Source of the DNA: an uncultured virus (IMG/VR IMGVR_UViG_3300021961_010831)
Taxonomy: Duplodnaviria; Heunggongvirae; Uroviricota; Caudoviricetes
Length of the DNA: 64,000 nucleotides
IMG/VR virus record: IMGVR_UViG_3300021961_010831
Direction: 5' to 3' (one strand)
Below the pieces are notes generated by a model. It was not told the origin of the DNA. It searched no databases and saw only the letters and a list, made by a program, of their open reading frames with translations. The position numbers and the translations under genes are program-made. This document shows positions 37,622 through 47,409 of the stretch, piece by piece (position 1 is the stretch's first letter; each line of letters starts with the position of its first letter).

Positions 37622-39937
37622 TTATATAATACTATTGAATTCTACATTTATTACATCATTACTATTACGATTGAAATTAAATGTCTGAGTTACGTTAGAC
37701 CCTGTTGGATTCGGACCACTAGTCACAGTTCCGATTGGAAAACCATTTTTGGTCACAATGATTTGAGTTCTATATCCGGTAGATCCTGGAACACCACTTG
37801 GTATAAATGCTGTTACTTCTATACCACCTCTTATACACTCATCATAACCATCCCCTAAATCACCAGCTACTGAAGTTGTAACATTACCTGATGCTTTAGC
37901 AACACTTCCCGTATTTGAATATATTGAGGTTCCGTTCCAAAGACCAACAACCGCAGTACCTCTAGAAAAAGAACTGGCATTAGGTGTATCAAGTACAGTT
38001 GTGGTAATTGAAGTATTAGTTATTGGTAAACAACACTCACAAGGATATTGAAGGTCTATATATGTATTTACTATGAATTGTGCTGTTACGCTGAATGCAC
38101 ACACTGTGAAAGCATAAAATGCACCATAACTTACAACATCAACACTACCATCACAATTGATTATAGTATATGTATTTGGTATCTGAGAATAAACATTCCA
38201 AGTAGAACAACACGGTGGTGATGGTGACGGTGTTGGTGTATTTGTTGGAGTCTGAGTTGGAGTAAAATCAGGTGTTGTACTCGGAGTTGGTGTCGGAGTC
38301 AAAGTCGATGAAGGAGTTTGAGTAACAGTTGGTGTAGGTGTGGGTGTGGATGTTATAGGTATGATACAATCACAATCACCTTGACTAATGATTTGAACAT
38401 CACAACTCAACGATGATGGAATGATGGTTATAGTATTTGGTCTTGCACATATTGTAGTCAGGGAATTTGGTGCAAATTGTTGAGTTTGTAGATTATCGGC
38501 ACAATCAATGTAGGACAATGTGACACCACTACATTCATAATAACTTACATCTATAACAAAACTACGACAACAATCTTCAGGATTTCCCGAAGGACTTGGT
38601 GTTAGAGTGTTCGTGGGTGTTGGAGTTGGAGAAACCCCAGGCTCAGAACTTGGTTCAGGTGTATTTGTAATTGTAGGTGTTGGTGTAGGTGTAGAACTTA
38701 CGGTAGGACAATCCACCAATCCTCCCTGCCAATACGTATTACCACCTATAGTAATGGTATTTTGATTACTTCGTCCAACGACCAAGTGTATTTGTGTATT
38801 TCCGGTATCCGACCAGCATGCTGTTTGTCCAGTATATGGTGAAATATTTAAAGCGGACACAATAGCATCAATTGGTATGTAATACCCATAGTATGTACTT
38901 GCAGCAAAAGCTTGTCCCACAATTTTTCTATTACCCGAAAACTCGGCAGCCACCGCAGACCCCGAATCACCTCCATATATGGGGTATTGACAAATGTTGT
39001 TTGTCGGGGTAGTCGATGCTGACGCCACAAACTCAGTCACACCGTAAAAATTAACTAGTTTACCAACCCCTTGATTACTATACCCAAAAACAGGTATTAC
39101 AGCATTTTTTAATGAAGGGATTAATTTCATATCATCCTCCCCTTTGGCACCTGTGGTTCTACCTGAAGAGAATAGATACTTTTGAAAAGGTGTAATACTA
39201 TTCAACTCGGAAGTTGTCGCAAAGTCCATAGGACCTGTCCAACCTGTCATTCCAAATTGTTTGTACGAAACAGTATTTGAAACATCAGATTCATTCAAAG
39301 TGAAAATAGCGGTATCCACATAGTTTGGTGAACTCTCTCTCAGAGGTAAATATTTTTTTACAATACCAACCGCGTTTTGTGTTCCAACGAAAGAAGAATT
39401 TTCCCAGCCTGGTTGAATAACCAAATCATTAACAACATTTGTGATTGGATTTGGTAACGTTCTATCGCTATCAATAAAGGGATCGTCAATAATTACGTGA
39501 GCATTTGTTACACCACAAACTGAGTTTGTATCATTATCTACGGCAACAAAACCCAAAGTACCCACAGAGTTAGACATACTTGTTACGTTGGTAGTTGACA
39601 CTCCACCTTGGATAGGTCTGATCAAACCTCTGTTACCAGGAGGTGTTGTAATCCAATTATAAAATGGTGGAGGACACGCCTGAACCAAATTAGGTATTTC
39701 GAACTCAATAACATCCGTTATGAATTTATGACCGTCTCTTTCGATTTCTTTTGGAATAATATCTTCAGGTAATAATTCTTGGATTGGTTTTTTCTGCAAA
39801 ACTCCGAAAACTAAACCCAATTCATCAGTATAAACACCATTTGTCTTTTTTGCACCATAACCAACCATCACAACATTATCAGATGTCGACTCATGAAGTT
39901 CTGCAGTAATCTTATTCAGTAAGGCACTATCTAACAT
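37622..39937 (-). CDS. Trypsin-like (S1, Nal1-like) serine protease with Pro/Thr stalks and Cys-rich modules (771 aa)
   Basis: GTLG, TNAHV (His), VDTA (Asp), GRTTG, GGDSGS (Ser); two PT tracts. Confidence 0.8.
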   Translation of the reverse strand: MLDSALLNKITAELHESTSDNVVMVGYGAKKTNGVYTDELGLVFGVLQKKPIQELLPEDIIPKEIERDGHKFITDVIEFEIPNLVQACPPPFYNWITTPPGNRGLIRPIQGGVSTTNVTSMSNSVGTLGFVAVDNDTNSVCGVTNAHVIIDDPFIDSDRTLPNPITNVVNDLVIQPGWENSSFVGTQNAVGIVKKYLPLRESSPNYVDTAIFTLNESDVSNTVSYKQFGMTGWTGPMDFATTSELNSITPFQKYLFSSGRTTGAKGEDDMKLIPSLKNAVIPVFGYSNQGVGKLVNFYGVTEFVASASTTPTNNICQYPIYGGDSGSAVAAEFSGNRKIVGQAFAASTYYGYYIPIDAIVSALNISPYTGQTACWSDTGNTQIHLVVGRSNQNTITIGGNTYWQGGLVDCPTVSSTPTPTPTITNTPEPSSEPGVSPTPTPTNTLTPSPSGNPEDCCRSFVIDVSYYECSGVTLSYIDCADNLQTQQFAPNSLTTICARPNTITIIPSSLSCDVQIISQGDCDCIIPITSTPTPTPTVTQTPSSTLTPTPTPSTTPDFTPTQTPTNTPTPSPSPPCCSTWNVYSQIPNTYTIINCDGSVDVVSYGAFYAFTVCAFSVTAQFIVNTYIDLQYPCECCLPITNTSITTTVLDTPNASSFSRGTAVVGLWNGTSIYSNTGSVAKASGNVTTSVAGDLGDGYDECIRGGIEVTAFIPSGVPGSTGYRTQIIVTKNGFPIGTVTSGPNPTGSNVTQTFNFNRNSNDVINVEFNSII

Positions 39938-42273
39938 GGTAAGTTTGGTATAAACATAAATATGGATTCAGGACATTCTCCTGAACTTGGAGTTATTGTT
40001 GGCGTAACGGATGGTGTTGGAGTTGGACTCGCGAACTGAGTAGGAGTGACACTCGGAGTTGGTGGTGGAGTATCCTGAGGGGTTTGTGTCGGAGTTGGGG
40101 TAGGTGTATTACTAACTTCCACAAAATTCCAATCCAAATCACAATTATCTATGATACTACAATTCAGACAATAAGGATTCAACAAATCATATTGGTCATA
40201 CAGAAGCTTGGCATTGTGTTGAATTTCAGGAACCGATAGTGGTTTGGCATACATGTGGAATGTTGAAATTGCACCATCAAAAGTTCCGGCAAAATATTTT
40301 TCCAACAAAATGTTCGTTGTCAAACCACTAAGAGTGGTCCCACTGAGAATATTATCAGGAAACAGTTCAGGATCCTGAATGTATTCACCACAAAAAGTCT
40401 GTGGCATGGCTGAGAAAACCAAGTTTTCGTGAAGACCCTGAGTTCCACCACCCCAAGATATATTGAACGGTACACCTACTTGAGTTTCTTTGTGTCCGTA
40501 TAATCCTCTTGGAATTATCTCTTCGAAATTATCAAAGGTTTCGAAGTGACGACCGTTCACGTAAAGTTTTAATTTACCACGACGATAAAACTCCTCGAGT
40601 AACCAATCGTAATTCAATTCCACAAGTTCTTCTTGGACAGGATTTACTTGGTTATGAGTAATCGGTGGTTGAATAAGTGATACAGAATTATTTGCGGTAG
40701 ATGCGGTGTAAACTAAGTTTGATATCACACCAAGACCCCCTCTATAATATAAATCACAGAAGTCCATCCATGTGTACCTCTCAAATACTGCATCTACCAA
40801 TACCCAGTGTTCTTGAGTCAGATACTCTGTACCCAAACAATCATCGTATATACCACGTGTCGAACAGTAGTTGTTTATAGAATACCCTGTTTGACTTTCA
40901 AACCCTATGGTCTCACAAGCACCTGTTGTCACACAATCTCCCGTGAAAGTTAGAGTTCTGACACAGATTTTAGGATTGGCAGGATCACCACTGAATCTTA
41001 TGGCGAATGCGTTTGACATTGAGTCAAATAATGGATCGTGTTCGGGTTTTGGCGTTGGTGGTGGTGGAACACAACAACTACAATATGTAACACTGTGTCC
41101 ACTTGTATATCCTGTTTCAGGGTATACTTTTACACAATATGATTCGGCGTATTCCAAGTAATTTGGTTTGTCTACCCTCCAATATGGGAAGTCACCTTTA
41201 CCCACATTTTTGGTTGACACAAACTTCATTTGTCCACCAACTGGGTCATAACTTTCTACAACACCCTCGATGTATTCTAAAACATCATGATAAATTACAA
41301 CTTCATCACCAGCTTGCCACAACAACTTGGGTTCAACGGTGATCGTGCCACCAGACACTCTAATATCCAAATGAGTGTAAGAAGTCGTTGTGTACCCTGA
41401 ATTTAATATTTCACACATACATGAACTCAGTCCTGTAAGTGGTGTTGTAACTCTTTCATAATTTGGATCACCTGAGTTTTTACCATCAGCGGCGTGCCAA
41501 AATTTGTTTTCAGCACGAGTACCCATGTAAAAGAAAATACCTGAATTATCAGGATAATAGTCGTTCAGGGTAGTCTGTCCTGGTTGTGGATTGTATATAT
41601 TACCAAGTCTCGGTTTTAGGGTCATTTCAACAGTCCATCCTTTGGGATATCTTGTTGGTAATATTTCATAATCGTAACCAAATAATTTGTAAAACCCTTG
41701 ATAGAAACCTCCGTATAATTCATGATACTTTCCAATTTGTGCAGAATCATATGATACTATATTATATAGAGTTCCGGCGGTAACACCTGAAAATCTGTGA
41801 TTAGGATTCCATGTGTGTCCTGTTACTTGGAACATTTTGAATCTGCGGTCGTATTTGTACCTATCGAATTTCTGAGAGTCGGGTAATAATCCCATGGTAT
41901 ACTCTATACTCTGACCACTCATACAATCAACCAATCCATTATCAGTACCTGTCAATCCAATGTCACATATTGTACGAGAAGAAAAACAATCCAATAAAGG
42001 ATCGTATGGATTGAAATAATTTTCAGAAATTAATACATTTTGGTAATCGTAATCTTGATAATTTAGTTCAAATCCTTGATTGGAGCCTGAAAAATTAAGG
42101 TCAATTTTGATTGGCATTACATCCCCATCAAACTCCCCGATTAAATTAGGTGAGAATACAACTTCTTCGTTGTATTGTCTCTCATCTGACGCTAAACTAA
42201 GGTCTGATACTTCTTGTACTGGTTTTAAAAACCATTTATTATAGACGTATTGATTGATGTTCTGATAAGCCAT
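39931..42273 (-). CDS. Probable structural protein with LamG-like elements and C-terminal PT tract (780 aa)
   Basis: WTVEMTL, LKLYVNG, FDGAISTFHMYAKPLSVPEIQHN; C-terminal TPTP tract; TATTTAT motif upstream. Confidence 0.6.
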   Translation of the reverse strand: MAYQNINQYVYNKWFLKPVQEVSDLSLASDERQYNEEVVFSPNLIGEFDGDVMPIKIDLNFSGSNQGFELNYQDYDYQNVLISENYFNPYDPLLDCFSSRTICDIGLTGTDNGLVDCMSGQSIEYTMGLLPDSQKFDRYKYDRRFKMFQVTGHTWNPNHRFSGVTAGTLYNIVSYDSAQIGKYHELYGGFYQGFYKLFGYDYEILPTRYPKGWTVEMTLKPRLGNIYNPQPGQTTLNDYYPDNSGIFFYMGTRAENKFWHAADGKNSGDPNYERVTTPLTGLSSCMCEILNSGYTTTSYTHLDIRVSGGTITVEPKLLWQAGDEVVIYHDVLEYIEGVVESYDPVGGQMKFVSTKNVGKGDFPYWRVDKPNYLEYAESYCVKVYPETGYTSGHSVTYCSCCVPPPPTPKPEHDPLFDSMSNAFAIRFSGDPANPKICVRTLTFTGDCVTTGACETIGFESQTGYSINNYCSTRGIYDDCLGTEYLTQEHWVLVDAVFERYTWMDFCDLYYRGGLGVISNLVYTASTANNSVSLIQPPITHNQVNPVQEELVELNYDWLLEEFYRRGKLKLYVNGRHFETFDNFEEIIPRGLYGHKETQVGVPFNISWGGGTQGLHENLVFSAMPQTFCGEYIQDPELFPDNILSGTTLSGLTTNILLEKYFAGTFDGAISTFHMYAKPLSVPEIQHNAKLLYDQYDLLNPYCLNCSIIDNCDLDWNFVEVSNTPTPTPTQTPQDTPPPTPSVTPTQFASPTPTPSVTPTITPSSGECPESIFMFIPNLPC

Positions 42274-42277
42274 ATGT

Positions 42278-42305
42278 GATAAATACTTTTACTGAGGTAT
42301 TTATA
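42278..42305. promoter_or_regulatory. Back-to-back putative late promoters (TATTTAT on each strand)
   Basis: GATAAATA at 42278-42285 serves the - gene at 42273; TATTTATA at 42298-42305 serves the + gene at 42314. Confidence 0.6.
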
Positions 42306-42313
42306 AGTAAAAA

Positions 42314-43126
42314 ATGTTTATGATAACTTACGGTCGAGAATATTTTTCAAATAATTTATACTTTTACCTTAAAAAAAAGGGTGAAAACATTGATGTTTAT
42401 TATTCTGTAAATGATACAATCAATGAAGCCAGATTGATGGATGAAATCATTACTCTCCCTCATAATAGAGAAAAATCATTATTTAAACTTATGGAAAAAG
42501 TTATGAAAACTAAAAAGAAGTTTAGTAAAGATGACTTGAAAAAATTAATTTCGAAATTAGGGAAAGAAGAGAAAAAAGAAGAAATAGACGAGTTAATCGA
42601 TTTTGACGGTACAATGTTGAATTCTAAGATTCCAATTCACGATCCAAAATTATCCCCCACTAAAACTATGGATCAAACTGTTTTTGCTGCAAGACAAACC
42701 AACGATCCTGTTATGAGAGGTTATAGAGTTTACTATGGTGAAAGTGTTGTCAGAGAAGAAGACCTTACTGGTGCTTTTGGTTATGATGTTGTTTCAGGTG
42801 ATACCTACGAAGAATGTGTTGATAAAATGACACAAATGGAAGTTGAGAATCCTGAGGAAAGATGTCAAGCGTTCGGTAAATCACCAAAATTAGATGAAAA
42901 AGGACAAGAAAGATTGACTGAAAAAGAAATCAAAGAAATCCAAAGACAAAAAATGATAGGAATGTTAGAGGATTTGTTAGTAAAAAAATCATCTGATGAT
43001 GGAATTAAATCTAAGGACTCAAAAGCATCTAAAGTTTTATTAAAGAATATCAAATCTATAAAAAGTATGGCAGATAAAGAGGGATTATCTGTATCAGAAC
43101 TTATCAAACTATTGAGGGATGAATAA
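42314..43126 (+). CDS. Hypothetical protein, possible head-associated protein
   Basis: 270-aa ORF with several [LIV]xE motifs; late motif upstream. Confidence 0.55.
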   Translation: MFMITYGREYFSNNLYFYLKKKGENIDVYYSVNDTINEARLMDEIITLPHNREKSLFKLMEKVMKTKKKFSKDDLKKLISKLGKEEKKEEIDELIDFDGTMLNSKIPIHDPKLSPTKTMDQTVFAARQTNDPVMRGYRVYYGESVVREEDLTGAFGYDVVSGDTYEECVDKMTQMEVENPEERCQAFGKSPKLDEKGQERLTEKEIKEIQRQKMIGMLEDLLVKKSSDDGIKSKDSKASKVLLKNIKSIKSMADKEGLSVSELIKLLRDE

Positions 43127-43586
43127 AGACTTATATGATAAGAGATGGGATTTCCCACAAGATATGCGTAACCACATGAAAGTATGTTTTCAAAAGGTAA
43201 AAAATGCTAACGCAAATATAGAAGGATTTAATAGAAATTTACGTTTACAGAAAACTCAGAGTTTAAGTTACCCAGAACTCAAAAGAATAAAAAACTTTTT
43301 TGATAGTTTCCAAGGACCACAAACCGACGCACCATTTATACTGAATGGTGAAAATAAAATGAAAAATTTTGTTGATTCAATTCTATCGGGGGCGAGACAA
43401 TCTTTGAATGGTTCTGAAAAAATCAAAAGAGACACCGCAATGGTTACAAATGACTTAGGTGTTGATAGCCCAAATCAAAATTTGAACATATCAAAATTTG
43501 ATTCGAAAAAAAACTCTTTGGAAAAACATGGCCTACAAGTCACTGAAAGTCTTGAGAGAATAAACCAATTAATTAGAAAAATGTAA
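43119..43586 (+). CDS. Hypothetical protein
   Basis: 155-aa ORF overlapping the upstream stop. Confidence 0.6.
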   Translation: MNKDLYDKRWDFPQDMRNHMKVCFQKVKNANANIEGFNRNLRLQKTQSLSYPELKRIKNFFDSFQGPQTDAPFILNGENKMKNFVDSILSGARQSLNGSEKIKRDTAMVTNDLGVDSPNQNLNISKFDSKKNSLEKHGLQVTESLERINQLIRKM

Positions 43587-43587
43587 C

Positions 43588-43878
43588 ATGGAACAATTAC
43601 CTTTGGATTTTTCACAACCAAAAAACAAATTGACAGAAATTGCTGAATTTGAGAGAAAAAAGAATCTCGTAAAAAATGACTACTCCCAACAGGGTCAACA
43701 ATATTCATCAACAAATCCAGATGCTATTGGAGACGGTGATGAAATTGGACGTGGTACAGGAAGCTTCTTGGACGTATATAATGTTGCTGCCGGAACATCC
43801 GTAGATGTTTTTGAAAGAAAAATGAACATCAAATTCAACGCATATCAACCTAATAAACCCTATACAGTAGGAGAATAA
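43588..43878 (+). CDS. Hypothetical protein
   Basis: 96-aa ORF in a tight operon. Confidence 0.6.
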   Translation: MEQLPLDFSQPKNKLTEIAEFERKKNLVKNDYSQQGQQYSSTNPDAIGDGDEIGRGTGSFLDVYNVAAGTSVDVFERKMNIKFNAYQPNKPYTVGE

Positions 43879-43879
43879 C

Positions 43880-44284
43880 ATGAAACTTCTCAAGGCTCTG
43901 ACACATCTAATTACCGAAGCCGCGTCTATAGATGATATAAGACGTGCTATCGATCAAAAACAAGTGTGCTCAATTTATTATGATGGTGATGAACCAGGTG
44001 GTAAGGGTCTTAGAGAAATTGAACCAGTTGCTCTTGGTAGGTCAAAAAAGGGTAACTTAATTTTTAGAGCGTGGGATCAGGCAGGAGCGTCCCATACAGC
44101 GTACCTCAACGACCCACACAGCCCCAAACCAGGGTGGAGATTATTTCGTGTGGATAGGACAAGTATGTTCAAACCATTACGAAAGAACTTTACTAAAGCT
44201 CGACCTGGTTATAACTTTGATGGTGATAAAGATATGACAAGCATAATTACTATCGCTAAATTTGATACAAGAGAAACAGTATAA
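43880..44284 (+). CDS. Stand-alone WYL-domain protein
   Basis: IRRAIDQKQVCSIYY...REIEPVALG...IFRAW...GWRLFRVDR. Confidence 0.75.
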   Translation: MKLLKALTHLITEAASIDDIRRAIDQKQVCSIYYDGDEPGGKGLREIEPVALGRSKKGNLIFRAWDQAGASHTAYLNDPHSPKPGWRLFRVDRTSMFKPLRKNFTKARPGYNFDGDKDMTSIITIAKFDTRETV

Positions 44285-44859
44285 TGAATCCTGAATTATT
44301 ACAAAAATTAGTCGTTGCAAAAAAAATAATGGATAAACAACAGTCTATTCAGAGAGGTTCTGTTGCAAATATCAATAATCCGGTATTAGAATCTTACGAA
44401 CCTGTAAACGCAACCTATAACATACCCCAAGAATTTTTGGGTGAATCCCCACAACCCAAGCCAATTCCAAAAAGTCAAAATACTAAAGACAGAATCTTAA
44501 GTTCAAAATTACCGGACGAAATCAAAAGATTGATGATCGAACATCCGATTGAACAACCAAAAACTATGGGTACAGAGACAGTTTTGAGTGACGAATTAGT
44601 TGAAGCAGCATCCAGATTGATGAATACAGACGCCTCAGGAAAACTCAAAAAACAAATGGTATCTCAAAGAGAAATCATTTCTGAAACCACGGTTGATGAT
44701 TCTAATTTGAAAAATATGTTACGTGAAGTAATCAAAGAAGTTTTATCTGAACAAGGTATAATTACTGAATCCAGTCAAAAGACTAAAGAACAAATTACTT
44801 TTAGAGTAGGACAACATGTCTTTGAGGGCGTAATCACCAAAATCAAGAAAGTTAAGTAA
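44284..44859 (+). CDS. Hypothetical protein, possible head-associated protein
   Basis: 191 aa; LREVIKEVLSEQGIITES motif cluster. Confidence 0.55.
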   Translation: MNPELLQKLVVAKKIMDKQQSIQRGSVANINNPVLESYEPVNATYNIPQEFLGESPQPKPIPKSQNTKDRILSSKLPDEIKRLMIEHPIEQPKTMGTETVLSDELVEAASRLMNTDASGKLKKQMVSQREIISETTVDDSNLKNMLREVIKEVLSEQGIITESSQKTKEQITFRVGQHVFEGVITKIKKVK

Positions 44860-44910
44860 TTCCTTTTTTTTACTAATTCTTTTTCCTATATTTTAGGAAA
44901 AAGTATTTTT

Positions 44911-46122
44911 ATGTCCAAAATCAAATTATTGGTAATTCCTTCAGATAAAACAGGAGTTGGTAAATTCAGATCGTTAGATCCTCACATTTTTCTGCAGAAC
45001 ATGTATCCCGAAGATTTTCATATTGACATCTTATATGATGTTGATATGAATGACGATGCCTTTTGGAAAAATTACCAAATTGTTCATTTCCACAGAACCA
45101 TCGGACCTAATTATGATTTGATGGAATCATTCTTAGCGAAGTTGAAATCCTTTGGTATTGTGACAATTATGGATTTGGATGATTATTGGTTGCCAGGAAA
45201 GGAACATCCAATTCATGATTTAATCATGGCAAACAAGTTACACGAAAAAATTGTTCGTAATTTGAAAAATGCTGAAAATGTTATTACAACAACATCAATA
45301 TTTGCCGATGAAATTAAGAAATACAATAAAAATGTCGTTGTATTTCCAAACGCAATTAATCCTGACGAACCACAATTCAAGGAAAAGACTATTGAATCGG
45401 ACAAACTTAGGTTCGGTTGGTTAGGTGGTTCTTCTCACCTTCACGATTTGATGATTTTGGAAAGTTTGTTTCCCAAAATCAACCCACTAAAAGATAAAAC
45501 TCAATTTTTCCTATGTGGCTTCGATATAAGAGGTACGGTTACGGAAATCAACCAACAAACGGGTGAACAGAAACAAAGACCCATACAACCTATGGAGACC
45601 GTGTGGTATAAATACGAGAATATTTTTACTAACAAATACTCTTTAATTTCACCAGAATATAAAAATTTCCTTATGAATTTTAAAGAAGAAGATGATAGTC
45701 TATTCTCAGATCAGTTTTACAGAAGAGTGTGGACAAGACCAATTCAAAATTACGCCAAAAATTACGCAAAGTTTGACGTGTCTATGGCACCATTAAAGAA
45801 CCATATTTTTAACCGAGTTAAGTCACAACTAAAAGTTATTGAAGCCGGATTCTATAAAAAAGCTCTGATTGCATCTGATTTAGGACCTTACACCATAGAC
45901 CTAAAACACTCATTAGAAAATGGAAATTTCACAGATGGTAACGCTTTATTAGTCAAAGAGGGTCGTAATCATTCCGATTGGTTCAAGTACGTCAAAAAAC
46001 TTGCAGACAATCCTTCATTTGCCGAAGATTTGGGTGAAAGATTGTATGAGACAGTAGCACCTGTTTACGACATCAAAATTGTTACAAAAGCAAGAGCAGA
46101 ATATTATAAATCTTTAGTATAA
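44911..46122 (+). CDS. GT-B (GT4-like) glycosyltransferase
   Basis: GVGKFRSLDPH, MDLDDYW, FGWLGGSSH, APLKNHIFNRVKSQLKVIEAG. Confidence 0.8.
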   Translation: MSKIKLLVIPSDKTGVGKFRSLDPHIFLQNMYPEDFHIDILYDVDMNDDAFWKNYQIVHFHRTIGPNYDLMESFLAKLKSFGIVTIMDLDDYWLPGKEHPIHDLIMANKLHEKIVRNLKNAENVITTTSIFADEIKKYNKNVVVFPNAINPDEPQFKEKTIESDKLRFGWLGGSSHLHDLMILESLFPKINPLKDKTQFFLCGFDIRGTVTEINQQTGEQKQRPIQPMETVWYKYENIFTNKYSLISPEYKNFLMNFKEEDDSLFSDQFYRRVWTRPIQNYAKNYAKFDVSMAPLKNHIFNRVKSQLKVIEAGFYKKALIASDLGPYTIDLKHSLENGNFTDGNALLVKEGRNHSDWFKYVKKLADNPSFAEDLGERLYETVAPVYDIKIVTKARAEYYKSLV

Positions 46123-46123
46123 A

Positions 46124-46825
46124 ATGATTCAACCGCAAATTACCAAAATTTTGTTTTTTGATTTGGAAACCATCGGAATTACCAAAGATTTCGATGAGCT
46201 TTCTGCAAAATATCCTGAACTGAAAAAACAATTCTTGAATTATTTTGATTGGTTCATAAAAAGATTCCCTGAAGATAGAGACCTCGAACCCTCTCAGATT
46301 TTTGTAAATCGTGCGGCTCTTGTACCTGAATTCTCAAGAATTGTTTGTGCAAGTTTTGCATTCGTAACTTCAGATGGAAAAATTCATAAACAAACTTTTG
46401 CTGATAAAGACGAAAAAAAACTATTACGTGACATAAATGATTTGATGAATAAAGTTTTCAAGTTAGACTTTTGGTTATGTGGTCATAATATCAAAATGTT
46501 TGATATTCCTATGTTACTGAAACGAATGGTAATTCACGGTATCAAGCCATCACCATTACTACCTAATTATGACACAAAACCTTGGGAAATTAAAGCGGTT
46601 GATACCTTAGACATTTGGAGAATGGGTAACAATTTTGGTTTAGCGTCTTTGGAATTAATGTGTGCTGCTTTGGGAATCCCATCACCTAAAGAAGGTGAAG
46701 TGACTGGTAATAGAGTTCATGAAGCTTATTATGATTACAATCAATTAGATTTAATTGTGGAATATTGTGAAAGAGACGTGCTCGTATTAATTGATGTCAT
46801 AAAAAAATTCAAAGAATTACAATAA
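46124..46825 (+). CDS. Stand-alone 3'-5' exonuclease (DEDDy, PolB-exo-like)
   Basis: FFDLET, GHNIKMFDIP, YCERDV. Confidence 0.85.
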   Translation: MIQPQITKILFFDLETIGITKDFDELSAKYPELKKQFLNYFDWFIKRFPEDRDLEPSQIFVNRAALVPEFSRIVCASFAFVTSDGKIHKQTFADKDEKKLLRDINDLMNKVFKLDFWLCGHNIKMFDIPMLLKRMVIHGIKPSPLLPNYDTKPWEIKAVDTLDIWRMGNNFGLASLELMCAALGIPSPKEGEVTGNRVHEAYYDYNQLDLIVEYCERDVLVLIDVIKKFKELQ

Positions 46826-47409
46826 TGTCAACAAATGAAGAATTAGCCAAAGAGTTAGAAAAACTCATGCACGAATTAGGTGATGATCTTTTGGATGAGG
46901 TGTTTGAGATAGAACTTGATGGACTTCCAATTAAGGAACTTGACGAGGCTATTATGTCTGGCGACCACCAAATTCCTTTACGATATAAAAAAATATCGGT
47001 CGACGCTATTGATCCCGTTTATAACTATTCATCAGATTCTGGATTTGATCTTCATTCAACTCAAGATGTGAAAATAAGTGGATTTGGAAGATTCTTGGTT
47101 CCGACTGGAATTAAGTTGGATATTCCCGAAGGATATGAAATCCAAATAAGGAGTAAAAGTGGGTTAGCAATGAATCACGGTTTGATGGTATTAAATAGTC
47201 CTGGAACTATCGATCAAGGTTATGATGGTGAAATCAAAGTAATTGTTTTTAATACAAATCCCTCAACAATCGAAATCAAAACAGGTCAAAAGATTGCACA
47301 AGCAGTATTATGTCCAGTTGTCTGTGGTAAGTGGGTAAATCTAATTTCCGTAGAAGAAATAAATGAAAAAGAACGTGGAGAACATGGATTTGGGTCTACA
47401 GGAATCTAA
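46825..47409 (+). CDS. dut: dUTPase (trimeric) with acidic N-terminal extension
   Basis: SGFDL, RSKSGLA, PGTIDQGYDGE, KIAQAV, RGEHGFGSTG. Confidence 0.93.
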   Translation: MSTNEELAKELEKLMHELGDDLLDEVFEIELDGLPIKELDEAIMSGDHQIPLRYKKISVDAIDPVYNYSSDSGFDLHSTQDVKISGFGRFLVPTGIKLDIPEGYEIQIRSKSGLAMNHGLMVLNSPGTIDQGYDGEIKVIVFNTNPSTIEIKTGQKIAQAVLCPVVCGKWVNLISVEEINEKERGEHGFGSTGI

